Assembly (NCBI GenBank): GCA_963836235.1
Contig: CAWIIP010000004.1
Span: 768,001-832,000, forward strand
Length of the DNA: 64,000 bases
From: an uncultured Pseudomonadota bacterium
Lineage (GTDB): Bacteria > Oederibacteriota > Muellerivitia > Muellerivitales > Muellerivitaceae
Direction of reading: 5' to 3'
Part shown: positions 48,126-55,776 of the stretch, one piece after another
How the letters are laid out: each line of letters opens with the position of its first letter
How positions within the stretch are numbered: the stretch's first letter is position 1
Program-made: the position numbers and the translations under genes
Notes under the pieces: generated by a model
Database searches by the model: none
What the model saw: the letters and a program-made list of their open reading frames with translations, nothing else
Told to the model about the DNA's origin: nothing

Positions 48126-48164
48126 GATATTCAAAAATTGTTCGATGCTTTTAAAAAGCTTTGA
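48126..48164 (+). pseudogene. Orphan 3' stub of a second bioF allele
   Basis: Encodes DIQKLFDAFKKL-stop versus NIQKLFDAFKKL-stop in bioF; mostly synonymous changes. Confidence 0.8.
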
Positions 48165-48188
48165 AGTCTTCAAGAGGCGAAAAATCTT

Positions 48189-48410
48189 ATGATTTCAATT
48201 ACTAATGTTGTGTTTTTAACTCTTGCTTTAATTATTTTTGCGTTTTTGTGTCAAAAGTTTTATCTTCGCTCTTTGAAAAAATTGGCGGAAGGTAATTCGA
48301 ATAAATCAAAGATGATTTTATTCTTTGTGTTTTTAATTGTTTTCCTTTTGGCTTTCAATTTTGGGAATCGCTTGATTATGTGGCTTTTTTTCTCAGACCA
48401 TTCCAAATAG
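48189..48410 (+). CDS. Small AT-rich two-TM protein
   Basis: GAGG RBS, two hydrophobic helices, much lower GC than bio genes. Confidence 0.6.
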   Translation: MISITNVVFLTLALIIFAFLCQKFYLRSLKKLAEGNSNKSKMILFFVFLIVFLLAFNFGNRLIMWLFFSDHSK

Positions 48411-48421
48411 GGAGCTGCTTG

Positions 48422-49093
48422 GTGAAAAGCTTAGGAGTTTTTGTAAGCGGAACAGATACGGGGGTTGGGAAAACAATCGTGGCCGCTGGGTTGGCCAGGA
48501 TGCTGGTAAACCGGGGTGTCTCCGTGGGGGTTTTCAAACCCGTGGCTTCCGGGGGAACCATTAGCGAAGACGGGAAGCTCCTCCAAAAAGCGGCGAAATT
48601 CCCGGATTCGGATTACCCTAATATCGTCCCGGTTCATTACAAACAACCCCTGGCCCCCTGGGTGGCGGGATGGGAAGAGGGGCCGGTGAACCTGCTCCAA
48701 GTTGAAAAAGCTTACCAAAAGGCGAAGGCGGCCTGGGATTGCCTGATCGTGGAAGGGGTGGGTGGCGTCCGGGTACCCATCGCCCAAGAGTTCTTCGTGA
48801 CCGATTGGATGTTGAGGTGGAAATTGCCGGTGCTAGTGGTGGCCCGGGCGGGTTTGGGAACCCTCAACCACACCCTGCTGACGGTGGAGGCCCTTCAAAG
48901 CCGCAAGATCAAGCTTTTGGGAGTCCTGGTGAACGGCTATACCGGCAAGGGAATAGCGGAACAAACCAACGTGAAGGCCCTGAAGAAGCTTTTAAGGGTA
49001 CCCGTCTATGGGCCCCTGAAGCATGACCCCCGATACCCCAAGGACTTAGACCTCCTAGCCCAGGACATGGCCAAGCTGGGACTGTCGGTCTAG
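48422..49093 (+). CDS. bioD: Dethiobiotin synthetase
   Basis: SGTDTGVGKT, FKPVASG, VEGVGG, LGTLNHTLLT; GTG start after GGGAG. Confidence 0.95.
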   Translation: MKSLGVFVSGTDTGVGKTIVAAGLARMLVNRGVSVGVFKPVASGGTISEDGKLLQKAAKFPDSDYPNIVPVHYKQPLAPWVAGWEEGPVNLLQVEKAYQKAKAAWDCLIVEGVGGVRVPIAQEFFVTDWMLRWKLPVLVVARAGLGTLNHTLLTVEALQSRKIKLLGVLVNGYTGKGIAEQTNVKALKKLLRVPVYGPLKHDPRYPKDLDLLAQDMAKLGLSV

Positions 49094-49611
49094 CCCCCCC
49101 TTAGGGGGTATCCCCTAAAGGGGGTCTAACCTCTCGTTTTGTTCAAAGTTTGAACAAATCAGCCCAACCCTGGTGACTCCTATCAACCGGCATACCTCTG
49201 GCTGGTTTTTAGGCGATTCTGGTAAAGGGTTGAATTGATGCTTTTCCAATGCCCCGTTTTAAAGGCTGTTTTTACTCATTGGGAGTAAAACATGAGTAAG
49301 AATCTAGGGGTCGAATTTCACCGAATTTGACCAGCGGCTGATCAAAGGTGATTGGGCTTTTGCGCAATTGCGCGAACCGTCGCGCGAATTATGGCACAAT
49401 TAAATACCCTGAATTAAAGAGGTTTTAGGGTTTGGCGCAATTCGATAGGCCTACCGGGAGCTAGGGCCTGTCGGGGTGGTGGGTGGGTTGACCGCCCCAT
49501 ATATTTCCGGTGGGGATCTAGACCGGTTCTCGCAGAGCCAATTGGGCTAAAATACGGCAATTTGAATGGGATGGTGCATCGGTTCGAGTGCAACCCGGGG
49601 AGACCTGAAAC
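49094..49611. other. ORF-free, palindrome-dense segment
   Basis: Palindromes at 49094-49124, 49138-49158, 49270-49290, 49326-49346, 49362-49373. Confidence 0.6.
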
Positions 49612-50121
49612 GTGAGTAAAGTAGGTAAAAAAGATCGTTCGTATAAAAAAATTGAAATTTCAGATTTAAAGAAGTTGACGGTTATTGCTCGCAATGATCG
49701 TAAACAGTTTTTTCGGAACCACTCGATCTGGGAAAAACATTATGCCGATCATGTTTTATGCGTTGCTCTTTGCCAAGGGTCGGCAAATCATTATTTGGAC
49801 GGGAAAGCGGGGATAAATGATTTTGATGTTTATACATTCTATAAAAGCAATCCAACAAAAAAGTGGTGCTATAGAAGGAAAGTATTCTATGACTATGATG
49901 ACCCTAAATTTGGTCAGTCTAAAGACAAACCAAAATACGTTGGTAGGCGCGTGGATTGCCTTGGCCGAGCAATTGACTTGAAAGACGGTGAAAGTATTAT
50001 TTCTGCTTTGAGGCGATATTTGGGGGGCGGAAAGACCGAAACGGCAAGATGTTTAGCGGAAAAAGCTGTTGTTTTGCTTGAACCAAACTGTGGCAAAATC
50101 GCTTGGCCTCTCAAGGTCTAA
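49612..50121 (+). CDS. Hypothetical protein, pol-beta-type nucleotidyltransferase-like
   Basis: ALCQGS...GINDFDV and downstream RRVD fit hG[GS]-Dh[D]h-D; GGAG RBS. Confidence 0.6.
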   Translation: MSKVGKKDRSYKKIEISDLKKLTVIARNDRKQFFRNHSIWEKHYADHVLCVALCQGSANHYLDGKAGINDFDVYTFYKSNPTKKWCYRRKVFYDYDDPKFGQSKDKPKYVGRRVDCLGRAIDLKDGESIISALRRYLGGGKTETARCLAEKAVVLLEPNCGKIAWPLKV

Positions 50122-50235
50122 AAGGTAATACTGTATTTAATCACATATTATTTGGAAATTAATAGTTTGCAAATCGTATGGGGAGGAACTCAAGGTTGAT
50201 GTGAAAGTCCATAAACTTGTGATTGGGAGGAAATA

Positions 50236-50517
50236 ATGGGAGCGTTTGGATTCAAAAAAATGAAGAGCGTTACGTACAAACTCGTAAGAAATAATAGAGC
50301 GGTTTATATTGGAACAACCAATAACCCATACGTTAGAAAACAACAACATGCACAATCAGGGAAAAAATTTGATGCTATGGTGGTCACGTCTCCAAGACTT
50401 CCGAGACAAGTAGCAGAAAGAAGAGAGGTAAGAAACATAAAATCATACAAAGAGGCTACAGGTAGAAATCCCAGATATAACAAAACTTCTGATGGTAAGT
50501 TCAAGAAACGTTATTGA
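50236..50517 (+). CDS. Minimal GIY-YIG nuclease
   Basis: VTY...VYIGTT.N...R..QH, conserved Glu, P.YN; GGAGG RBS. Confidence 0.75.
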   Translation: MGAFGFKKMKSVTYKLVRNNRAVYIGTTNNPYVRKQQHAQSGKKFDAMVVTSPRLPRQVAERREVRNIKSYKEATGRNPRYNKTSDGKFKKRY

Positions 50518-50595
50518 TCGACCGGGACGGGGAGCCTTATCGAACTGAATTCTATTTTCGGGCCCGACAACTTTGTTCCTTTTGCTTGGGTCGGA

Positions 50596-50817
50596 TTAGT
50601 GACCACATAAAATAGCGAATAGTAATAGAAAGATAATCAAAAGAAAAGCAAAAGAGATAAGTTTGACGCCTTCGACGGAAAAAAGATTTGTTGGGGTCAG
50701 GGCACCAAGTACACCCAAAAACTTATGTTGAATAGGGCAACCACATTTTGGGCATGAGGTGGCTTTTTCAGAAACCTCGTTTTTGCACTCAGGGCACTTA
50801 ATAAGCGACATCATCAA
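50596..50817 (-). CDS. Zinc-ribbon membrane protein
   Basis: LIKCPECKNEVSEKATSCPKCGCPI plus C-terminal TM helix. Confidence 0.8.
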   Translation of the reverse strand: MMMSLIKCPECKNEVSEKATSCPKCGCPIQHKFLGVLGALTPTNLFSVEGVKLISFAFLLIIFLLLFAILCGH

Positions 50818-50982
50818 ATCCTGTTTTTGAAATGACAAGCAACAAAATCATTATAGGCCAATTTCCAGAAAATATATTCCGAGGCATGTGGGTTTTGGGA
50901 ACAATTGGGTGTTCGAGGGTTGGAGGGGGAAGGAAGTAAACTCAAGGCGGTTTTGTCCAGAATGGAGAGCCATGTTGAATGC

Positions 50983-51011
50983 TTGAAGATGTGGCCCATA
51001 CGTGCTACAAT
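50983..51011 (+). promoter_or_regulatory. Promoter/operator of dinJ-yafQ
   Basis: TTGAAG-N17-TACAAT overlapped by TGTGGC...GCTACA imperfect inverted repeat. Confidence 0.65.
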
Positions 51012-51041
51012 TCTTTTAGTTCCTAAAAAAGGGTGGGCAAC

Positions 51042-51302
51042 ATGGCAAAAGAAGCGACGGTCCGCGCGCGGTTGGAACCGCATTTGAAAGCCGATACGGA
51101 AAAATTGTTGCACCAACTGGGTCTTACGGCCAGCCAGGCCATCTCCATTTTTTACAGTCAAATCCTCTTGAGGCGGGGGATACCTTTCGAAATCGCCTTG
51201 CCTAACGCGAAAACGAAAGCCGTTTTCAAGTCGACGGATAAGGGGCGTCACCTGGTCCGAACCAAGAATGCCGAGGACATGTTCCGCAAACTCGGCATCT
51301 GA
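51042..51302 (+). CDS. dinJ: RelB/DinJ antitoxin
   Basis: VRARLE..LK......LGLT.SQAI.IF..QI....GIPF...PN..T. Confidence 0.9.
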   Translation: MAKEATVRARLEPHLKADTEKLLHQLGLTASQAISIFYSQILLRRGIPFEIALPNAKTKAVFKSTDKGRHLVRTKNAEDMFRKLGI

Positions 51303-51571
51303 TGCTCAATCCTTCCTACACCAACCAATTTCAAAAAGACCTTAAGTTAATGATCCGGCGTGGTAAACCTGTTGAAAAGTTCAAGGGTGTGGCCAATCGT
51401 TTGATCGCCCAGGGTGTCTTGGACCCTCGATTGCGAAATCATAAACTTTCAGGGAATTACAAAGACCGCTGGGAATGCCATTTGGACCCCGATTGGTTGT
51501 TGGTTTATAAGCTTTCAGGGAACGAAATCATTTTTGAAAGAACCGGAACGCATTCAGATTTATTTATATAA
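51302..51571 (+). CDS. yafQ: YafQ-family mRNA interferase toxin
   Basis: QFQKDLK, NHKLSGNY..RWECHL.PDWLLVY, RTGTHSDLF; TGATG coupling. Confidence 0.93.
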   Translation: MLNPSYTNQFQKDLKLMIRRGKPVEKFKGVANRLIAQGVLDPRLRNHKLSGNYKDRWECHLDPDWLLVYKLSGNEIIFERTGTHSDLFI

Positions 51572-51597
51572 GACTAAAAAACTTAACCCGAAAAAAA

Positions 51598-51817
51598 ATG
51601 AACCACCAAAACCTTTCTAAAAAAGACAAAAAATACCTCTGGCGTCCATTCACCCAACAACAAGAATGGGAACGGGATCAAGACATAACCATCATCACTA
51701 AGGGTAAGGGAACTTATCTTTACGACGCGAAGGGACAAAAGTATTTAGACGGTGTTTCCTCCCTCTGGTGCAACGTCCATGGCACCAGGTTCCTGAAATC
51801 GATAAAGCATTCAAAAG
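51598..51817 (+). pseudogene. Truncated, frameshifted 5' fragment of a second bioA allele
   Basis: First 61 codons match bioA at 52303 (57 identical residues), then two single-base deletions; homology stops near 51817. Confidence 0.9.
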
Positions 51818-51819
51818 AA

Positions 51820-52101
51820 TCAAAGCCCTTTGGGGTTGTCCTTCGTGGTGATGACGATCTCGTATTCCCGGGTTTTGCGGCTGACGCGGGAAAGAATGAT
51901 GAGGGGGTGGCCGCCTTTCCACCTTTGTTGAAGTTCCTTGGATTCCGCGATCATTCCCTTTAAATAAAGGTCGAGTTGTTCTTGGGCGTATTTGCGGACG
52001 GTGTCCAACCCTTTTTCCGTGGGGCGCATATGGCCAAAATGCCTCATGACATTGGCCTGGATGACGGTCGTTAATTTTTGGATGATCTCTAAATTCTCCA
52101 C
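51820..52101 (-). CDS. Hypothetical protein (cargo between bioA stub and bioA)
   Basis: AGAGG RBS before GTG; stop abuts the end of the bioA stub. Confidence 0.6.
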   Translation of the reverse strand: MENLEIIQKLTTVIQANVMRHFGHMRPTEKGLDTVRKYAQEQLDLYLKGMIAESKELQQRWKGGHPLIILSRVSRKTREYEIVITTKDNPKGL

Positions 52102-52302
52102 GGCAAACCTCTTTGAGAAAGCGCGAGTTCAAAAATATGGTAATCCATAGAGTCTGTCCTGGAAATAAAAAATCGAGGATGACTGATGGAAATTGTGGGA
52201 CTTTTGGTAAATTGGGCTGGCTCGTGAATGGGAATGATCGGGTATTGGCGCTCTTAAAATTTAACCAAGGTTTAAAATGCGAATCCACTTAGCTCAGAAA
52301 TC

Positions 52303-53700
52303 ATGAACCACCAAAATCTGACCCAAAAAGACAAAAAATACCTCTGGCACCCCTTTACCCAACAACAGGAATGGGAAAGGGACCAAGACATCACCATTAT
52401 CACGAAAGGGAAGGGCACTTATCTTTACGACGCGAAAGGTAAAAAGTACTTGGACGGTGTCTCGTCCCTCTGGTGCAACGTGCATGGACACCAGGTTCCC
52501 GAGATCGATAAGGCCATTCAAAAGCAACTGAAGAAAATCGCCCATTCGACCCTGCTGGGCGCTTCCAACGAACCCGCCATTCTCTTGGCTGAAAAGCTGG
52601 TGAGGCTGGCGCCCAAGGGGCTGACCCGGGTTTTCTATTCCGACTCCGGTTCGGAGGCCAATGAAATCGCCATGAAGATGGCTTTTCAATATTGGCAACA
52701 AGCCCATTCGACTTCCGTTGGTCGCTCAGGGCAGGCCACCGCCGCAAAGTTCAAAAAGAATCTTTTCTTGACGGTTAAGGAAGGTTATCACGGAGACACA
52801 GTTGGGTCGGTCAGTTTGGGCGGGATTGACCTGTTCCATGGGATATTCGGCCCCCTTCTTTTTAAGACCCTCAAAGTCAAAAGCCCCCATCAATATGCCA
52901 GTCGCAAGGTTTCCAACTCGAAATGGCTTCAAGATTGCGTTCGGGAAGCCGAAGGTGTTTTCCGCAAATATGGCTCCCGATTTGCGGCGGTTCACATGGA
53001 ACCTTTGATTGAAGGGGCGGGGGGAATGTTGGTTCACCCTTGGGGTTACCTGAAAGCCATTCGCCGGTTGTGTGACCGATACAAGGTGCTCTTGATATTG
53101 GATGAAGTGGCGACCGGGTTTGGACGGACAGGGACCATGTTTGCCTGCGACCAAGAAGGGGTAAGCCCAGATATCCTTTGCGTGGCGAAGAACCTGACGG
53201 GTGGGTATTTGCCCGTAGCGGCCACCCTGACGACTGAGAAGGTTTATAAGGCCTTCCTGGGAACTTTTGAATCCGCCCGGACCTTTTACCATGGCCATAC
53301 CTTTACGGGAAACCAATTGGGATGCGCGGCGGCATTGGCCAATCTTCAATTGATTGAAAAGAAGGGTTTTCTGCCATCGCTTCAAGAAAAGTGCGACTTG
53401 CTTCAAGAGCTGTTAGAACCTTTGGCGGCTCATCCCCATGTATCCGACATCCGGTTGAGGGGCCTGATGGGGGGGATTGAACTGGTTAAAAATAAGAAAA
53501 CAAACGAACCCTACCCTTATCCCATGAAGATGGGCTACCGGGTTTGCGCCGAAGCGAAAAAGATGGGGGTCTTATTGCGGCCCTTGGGAAATGTGATTGT
53601 CCTGATGCCGCCTCTGGCGATTACGAAGAAAGATTTGGTGTATTTGATAGAAGTGATTTCAAAAAGTATCAACCAAGCAACAGAAAAAAAGAATATTTAA
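52303..53700 (+). CDS. bioA: Adenosylmethionine-8-amino-7-oxononanoate aminotransferase
   Basis: LWHPFTQ, SSLWCNVHGH, YHGDT, DEVATGFGRTG, AKNLTGGY, HGHTFTGN, LRPLG. Confidence 0.96.
   Translation: MNHQNLTQKDKKYLWHPFTQQQEWERDQDITIITKGKGTYLYDAKGKKYLDGVSSLWCNVHGHQVPEIDKAIQKQLKKIAHSTLLGASNEPAILLAEKLVRLAPKGLTRVFYSDSGSEANEIAMKMAFQYWQQAHSTSVGRSGQATAAKFKKNLFLTVKEGYHGDTVGSVSLGGIDLFHGIFGPLLFKTLKVKSPHQYASRKVSNSKWLQDCVREAEGVFRKYGSRFAAVHMEPLIEGAGGMLVHPWGYLKAIRRLCDRYKVLLILDEVATGFGRTGTMFACDQEGVSPDILCVAKNLTGGYLPVAATLTTEKVYKAFLGTFESARTFYHGHTFTGNQLGCAAALANLQLIEKKGFLPSLQEKCDLLQELLEPLAAHPHVSDIRLRGLMGGIELVKNKKTNEPYPYPMKMGYRVCAEAKKMGVLLRPLGNVIVLMPPLAITKKDLVYLIEVISKSINQATEKKNI
52702..52736 (+). repeat. Small palindromic element inserted in frame in bioA
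   Basis: GCCC-ATT-CGAC-TTCCGTTG-GTCG-CTCA-GGGC-AGGC, encoding extra loop residues AHSTSVGRSGQA. Confidence 0.6.
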
Positions 53701-53711
53701 AACCCAATTTT

Positions 53712-53818
53712 AACCACCAAGACACCAAGGGCACCAAGAACGTCGAAAAAAAGAGGTTGAAATTTTGTAAGACCCAATTCTTTTTGCTTTTCTTGGTGAC
53801 TTGGTGCCCTTGGTGGTT
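53712..53818. repeat. Hairpin repeat family, copy B
   Basis: AACCACCAAGACACCAAGGGCACCAAG / CTTGGTGACTTGGTGCCCTTGGTGGTT, 53-nt loop. Confidence 0.9.
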
Positions 53819-53869
53819 CAATTGTCTTTCTTTTGATTTTTGTTTAGGGTTCTGCTGTAAAATCCTTCC

Positions 53870-55534
53870 ATGCCCAAAGCTTCCCACAAGTCCCGAATCT
53901 TTCTTTTCGCGGTTTTGTTCCTCGCTTTCGACTTCCAGGCTTTATACCTGGTTCACCATTATTCCCTCACCAATGACGAACCCTTCGAAATAACCGGGGG
54001 ATATTACTATTGGACCAAGGGGGATGTGGTAAGCCCCCGGATGAACCCTCCCACCGCCTCGGCTCTCCAGACCCTGCCTCTTTTGTTCCTGAATTTGGAA
54101 AAGGCCCATGGGTTTATGGACGCCGATCAAAGGGCTTATGAATTCTTTTTCGTGGCGAACCCCGATAATATTCAAGCCCTGACCCTCTTTCCACGGCTCA
54201 TTGGATTGGTCTTCGCTTTAGCCTTGGGATTGCTTTTGTGCAGTGTGGCTCGAAACGAATCGGCGGTTTACCTGGTGGCGGTCGCCGCGCTTTGGGCCTT
54301 TGACCCCACTTTTATCGCCCATTCGGCGCTGGCCAAATCCGATGTGATGACGGCTTTTTTCTTTTTGGCCTCGGTTTTGGTCTTCAACCGGGTGCGGCAA
54401 TATCCGGGTTGGGCCTGGAGCCTTTTGACCGGGGTTCTGGCCGGGATGGCCATTACTTCCAAGGTCACGGCCCTGGCCCTGGGGCCCCTCTTTTTCATCC
54501 TTGAGGCCATCGACTACTTTTCCGCCAGGGCGAGGCAAAAGAAGGGGACGGAGATTCTCGCCCGATGGGTTTTTATGGGAATAGGTTTATTGGGCTTGGT
54601 GGGGTTGGTTTATCTTCCGGGGACATTAATGCTTCCGGACCACCGCTGTCCTTATGTTTATTTTTGGAACCGTGTCATGGCGGGATGGCAAATGCCCCAA
54701 AAGGGCTGGGCCTATTTCCGGTTTTTAGGTAGTACTAGCGATAGCGGGAACGCGCTCTATTTGCCGATTGCCTTTCTTCTTAAATCCACCCTTCCGTTCT
54801 TGGTCTTGTTTTTTGCCGCTCTTGTCCTAATGGCGCGCGGAAAAATCCGGGTGGAAGGCTGGGTGTGGATTACGCCTTTGGTTTTTTTGGCCACAGTCCT
54901 GCCGGGGTCCAGTATTGGAATGAGATTGTTTCTGCCTGCTTTTCCTTTTCTTTACCTTCTCGCGGGCCGTGCGGCGGAATGGATGTGGGATAAGTCCGGG
55001 AAAAACAAACCCCTCTTCCGGAAACTTCTGGGAGGATTGGCGGGTTGGGCGTTAGTCAGTTTAATTTTGCATTTCCCGAATTATTTAAGCTACGCCAATG
55101 AATTAGTGCCTCCAGAGAAAAAGGGTTATTTTTTCGCCAATGGCGACCTGGATTGGGGACAAGATACCCTGCGGTTGGCCCGTTTCGCGGAGGACCACCA
55201 ATGGAAAAACATAAAGCTGGCTTATCTATCAGGCGTCGATCCTCATTTTTACGGTATGGACTGGGCCCCTTGGACCCAAAAGGATCTACAAGGGCCCCAA
55301 CCGGGATGGGTTTACCTGGTCAATGATAGTTTCCTTCATCTAGCCCCCGTTTATTCCCCGGAGACCAGGCCCATTGCGGAAGGTTGGATTTCAAGCAAGG
55401 CTACCGGCAAGGTGGGGGACACCTGGAGATATTACGAGTCTCCCGGAAACCAGGAAACCGACGCTAGCCCTCTCCTTCATTCCGCCCCTGTTTTGCGCTA
55501 TTACTGGAAGGGAAACTCACGGGTTTTTTATTAA
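53870..55534 (+). CDS. GT-C membrane glycosyltransferase (ArnT/PMT-like)
   Basis: T.DE motif, NPP, multiple TM helices, DLDWGQD. Confidence 0.8.
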   Translation: MPKASHKSRIFLFAVLFLAFDFQALYLVHHYSLTNDEPFEITGGYYYWTKGDVVSPRMNPPTASALQTLPLLFLNLEKAHGFMDADQRAYEFFFVANPDNIQALTLFPRLIGLVFALALGLLLCSVARNESAVYLVAVAALWAFDPTFIAHSALAKSDVMTAFFFLASVLVFNRVRQYPGWAWSLLTGVLAGMAITSKVTALALGPLFFILEAIDYFSARARQKKGTEILARWVFMGIGLLGLVGLVYLPGTLMLPDHRCPYVYFWNRVMAGWQMPQKGWAYFRFLGSTSDSGNALYLPIAFLLKSTLPFLVLFFAALVLMARGKIRVEGWVWITPLVFLATVLPGSSIGMRLFLPAFPFLYLLAGRAAEWMWDKSGKNKPLFRKLLGGLAGWALVSLILHFPNYLSYANELVPPEKKGYFFANGDLDWGQDTLRLARFAEDHQWKNIKLAYLSGVDPHFYGMDWAPWTQKDLQGPQPGWVYLVNDSFLHLAPVYSPETRPIAEGWISSKATGKVGDTWRYYESPGNQETDASPLLHSAPVLRYYWKGNSRVFY

Positions 55535-55554
55535 AAGATATAGAAAAATCTTTT

Positions 55555-55665
55555 AACCACGAAGGCACGAAGGGCACCAAGAAAGACAAAATCAAAGCCT
55601 GTTTTCCAACAACTTTTGATATTTCATCTTTCGCTGTTCTTGGTGCCCTTCGTGTCTTCGTGGTT
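55555..55665. repeat. Hairpin repeat family, copy C
   Basis: AACCACGAAGGCACGAAGGGCACCAAG / CTTGGTGCCCTTCGTGTCTTCGTGGTT, 57-nt loop. Confidence 0.92.
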
Positions 55666-55776
55666 CAAATTGTCTTTTTAATGAAAACTCCATGAAAACA
55701 AAGGGCTATCAAAGGATTTTCGAATCGGAATGTGTTATTCTTAGCCCGCTTTTATCACCTTTGAGGAAACCCGTTT

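Noticed and set aside
49570-49600. GGTTCGAGT as a tRNA T-loop or att site
   Set aside because: No T-stem, acceptor stem or cloverleaf can be built.
50706-50733. TTATGTTGAAT as a dif XerD arm
   Set aside because: No XerC arm at 6-bp spacing; lies inside the zinc-ribbon gene.
51598-51963. 121-aa ORF as a functional BioA-fusion protein
   Set aside because: C-terminal half arises from a frameshift running antisense through another ORF; treated as pseudogene.
47180-52300. Integron cassette array or prophage
   Set aside because: No integrase, no convincing attC boxes, mixed orientation, no phage structural genes.
53544-53993. ORFs containing NHQDTKGTK / LVTWCPWW
   Set aside because: Translations of hairpin repeat copy B overlapping real genes.
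45905-55665. Repeat-loop-repeat units as a CRISPR array
   Set aside because: Arms are inverted, copies are kilobases apart, and no cas genes are present.
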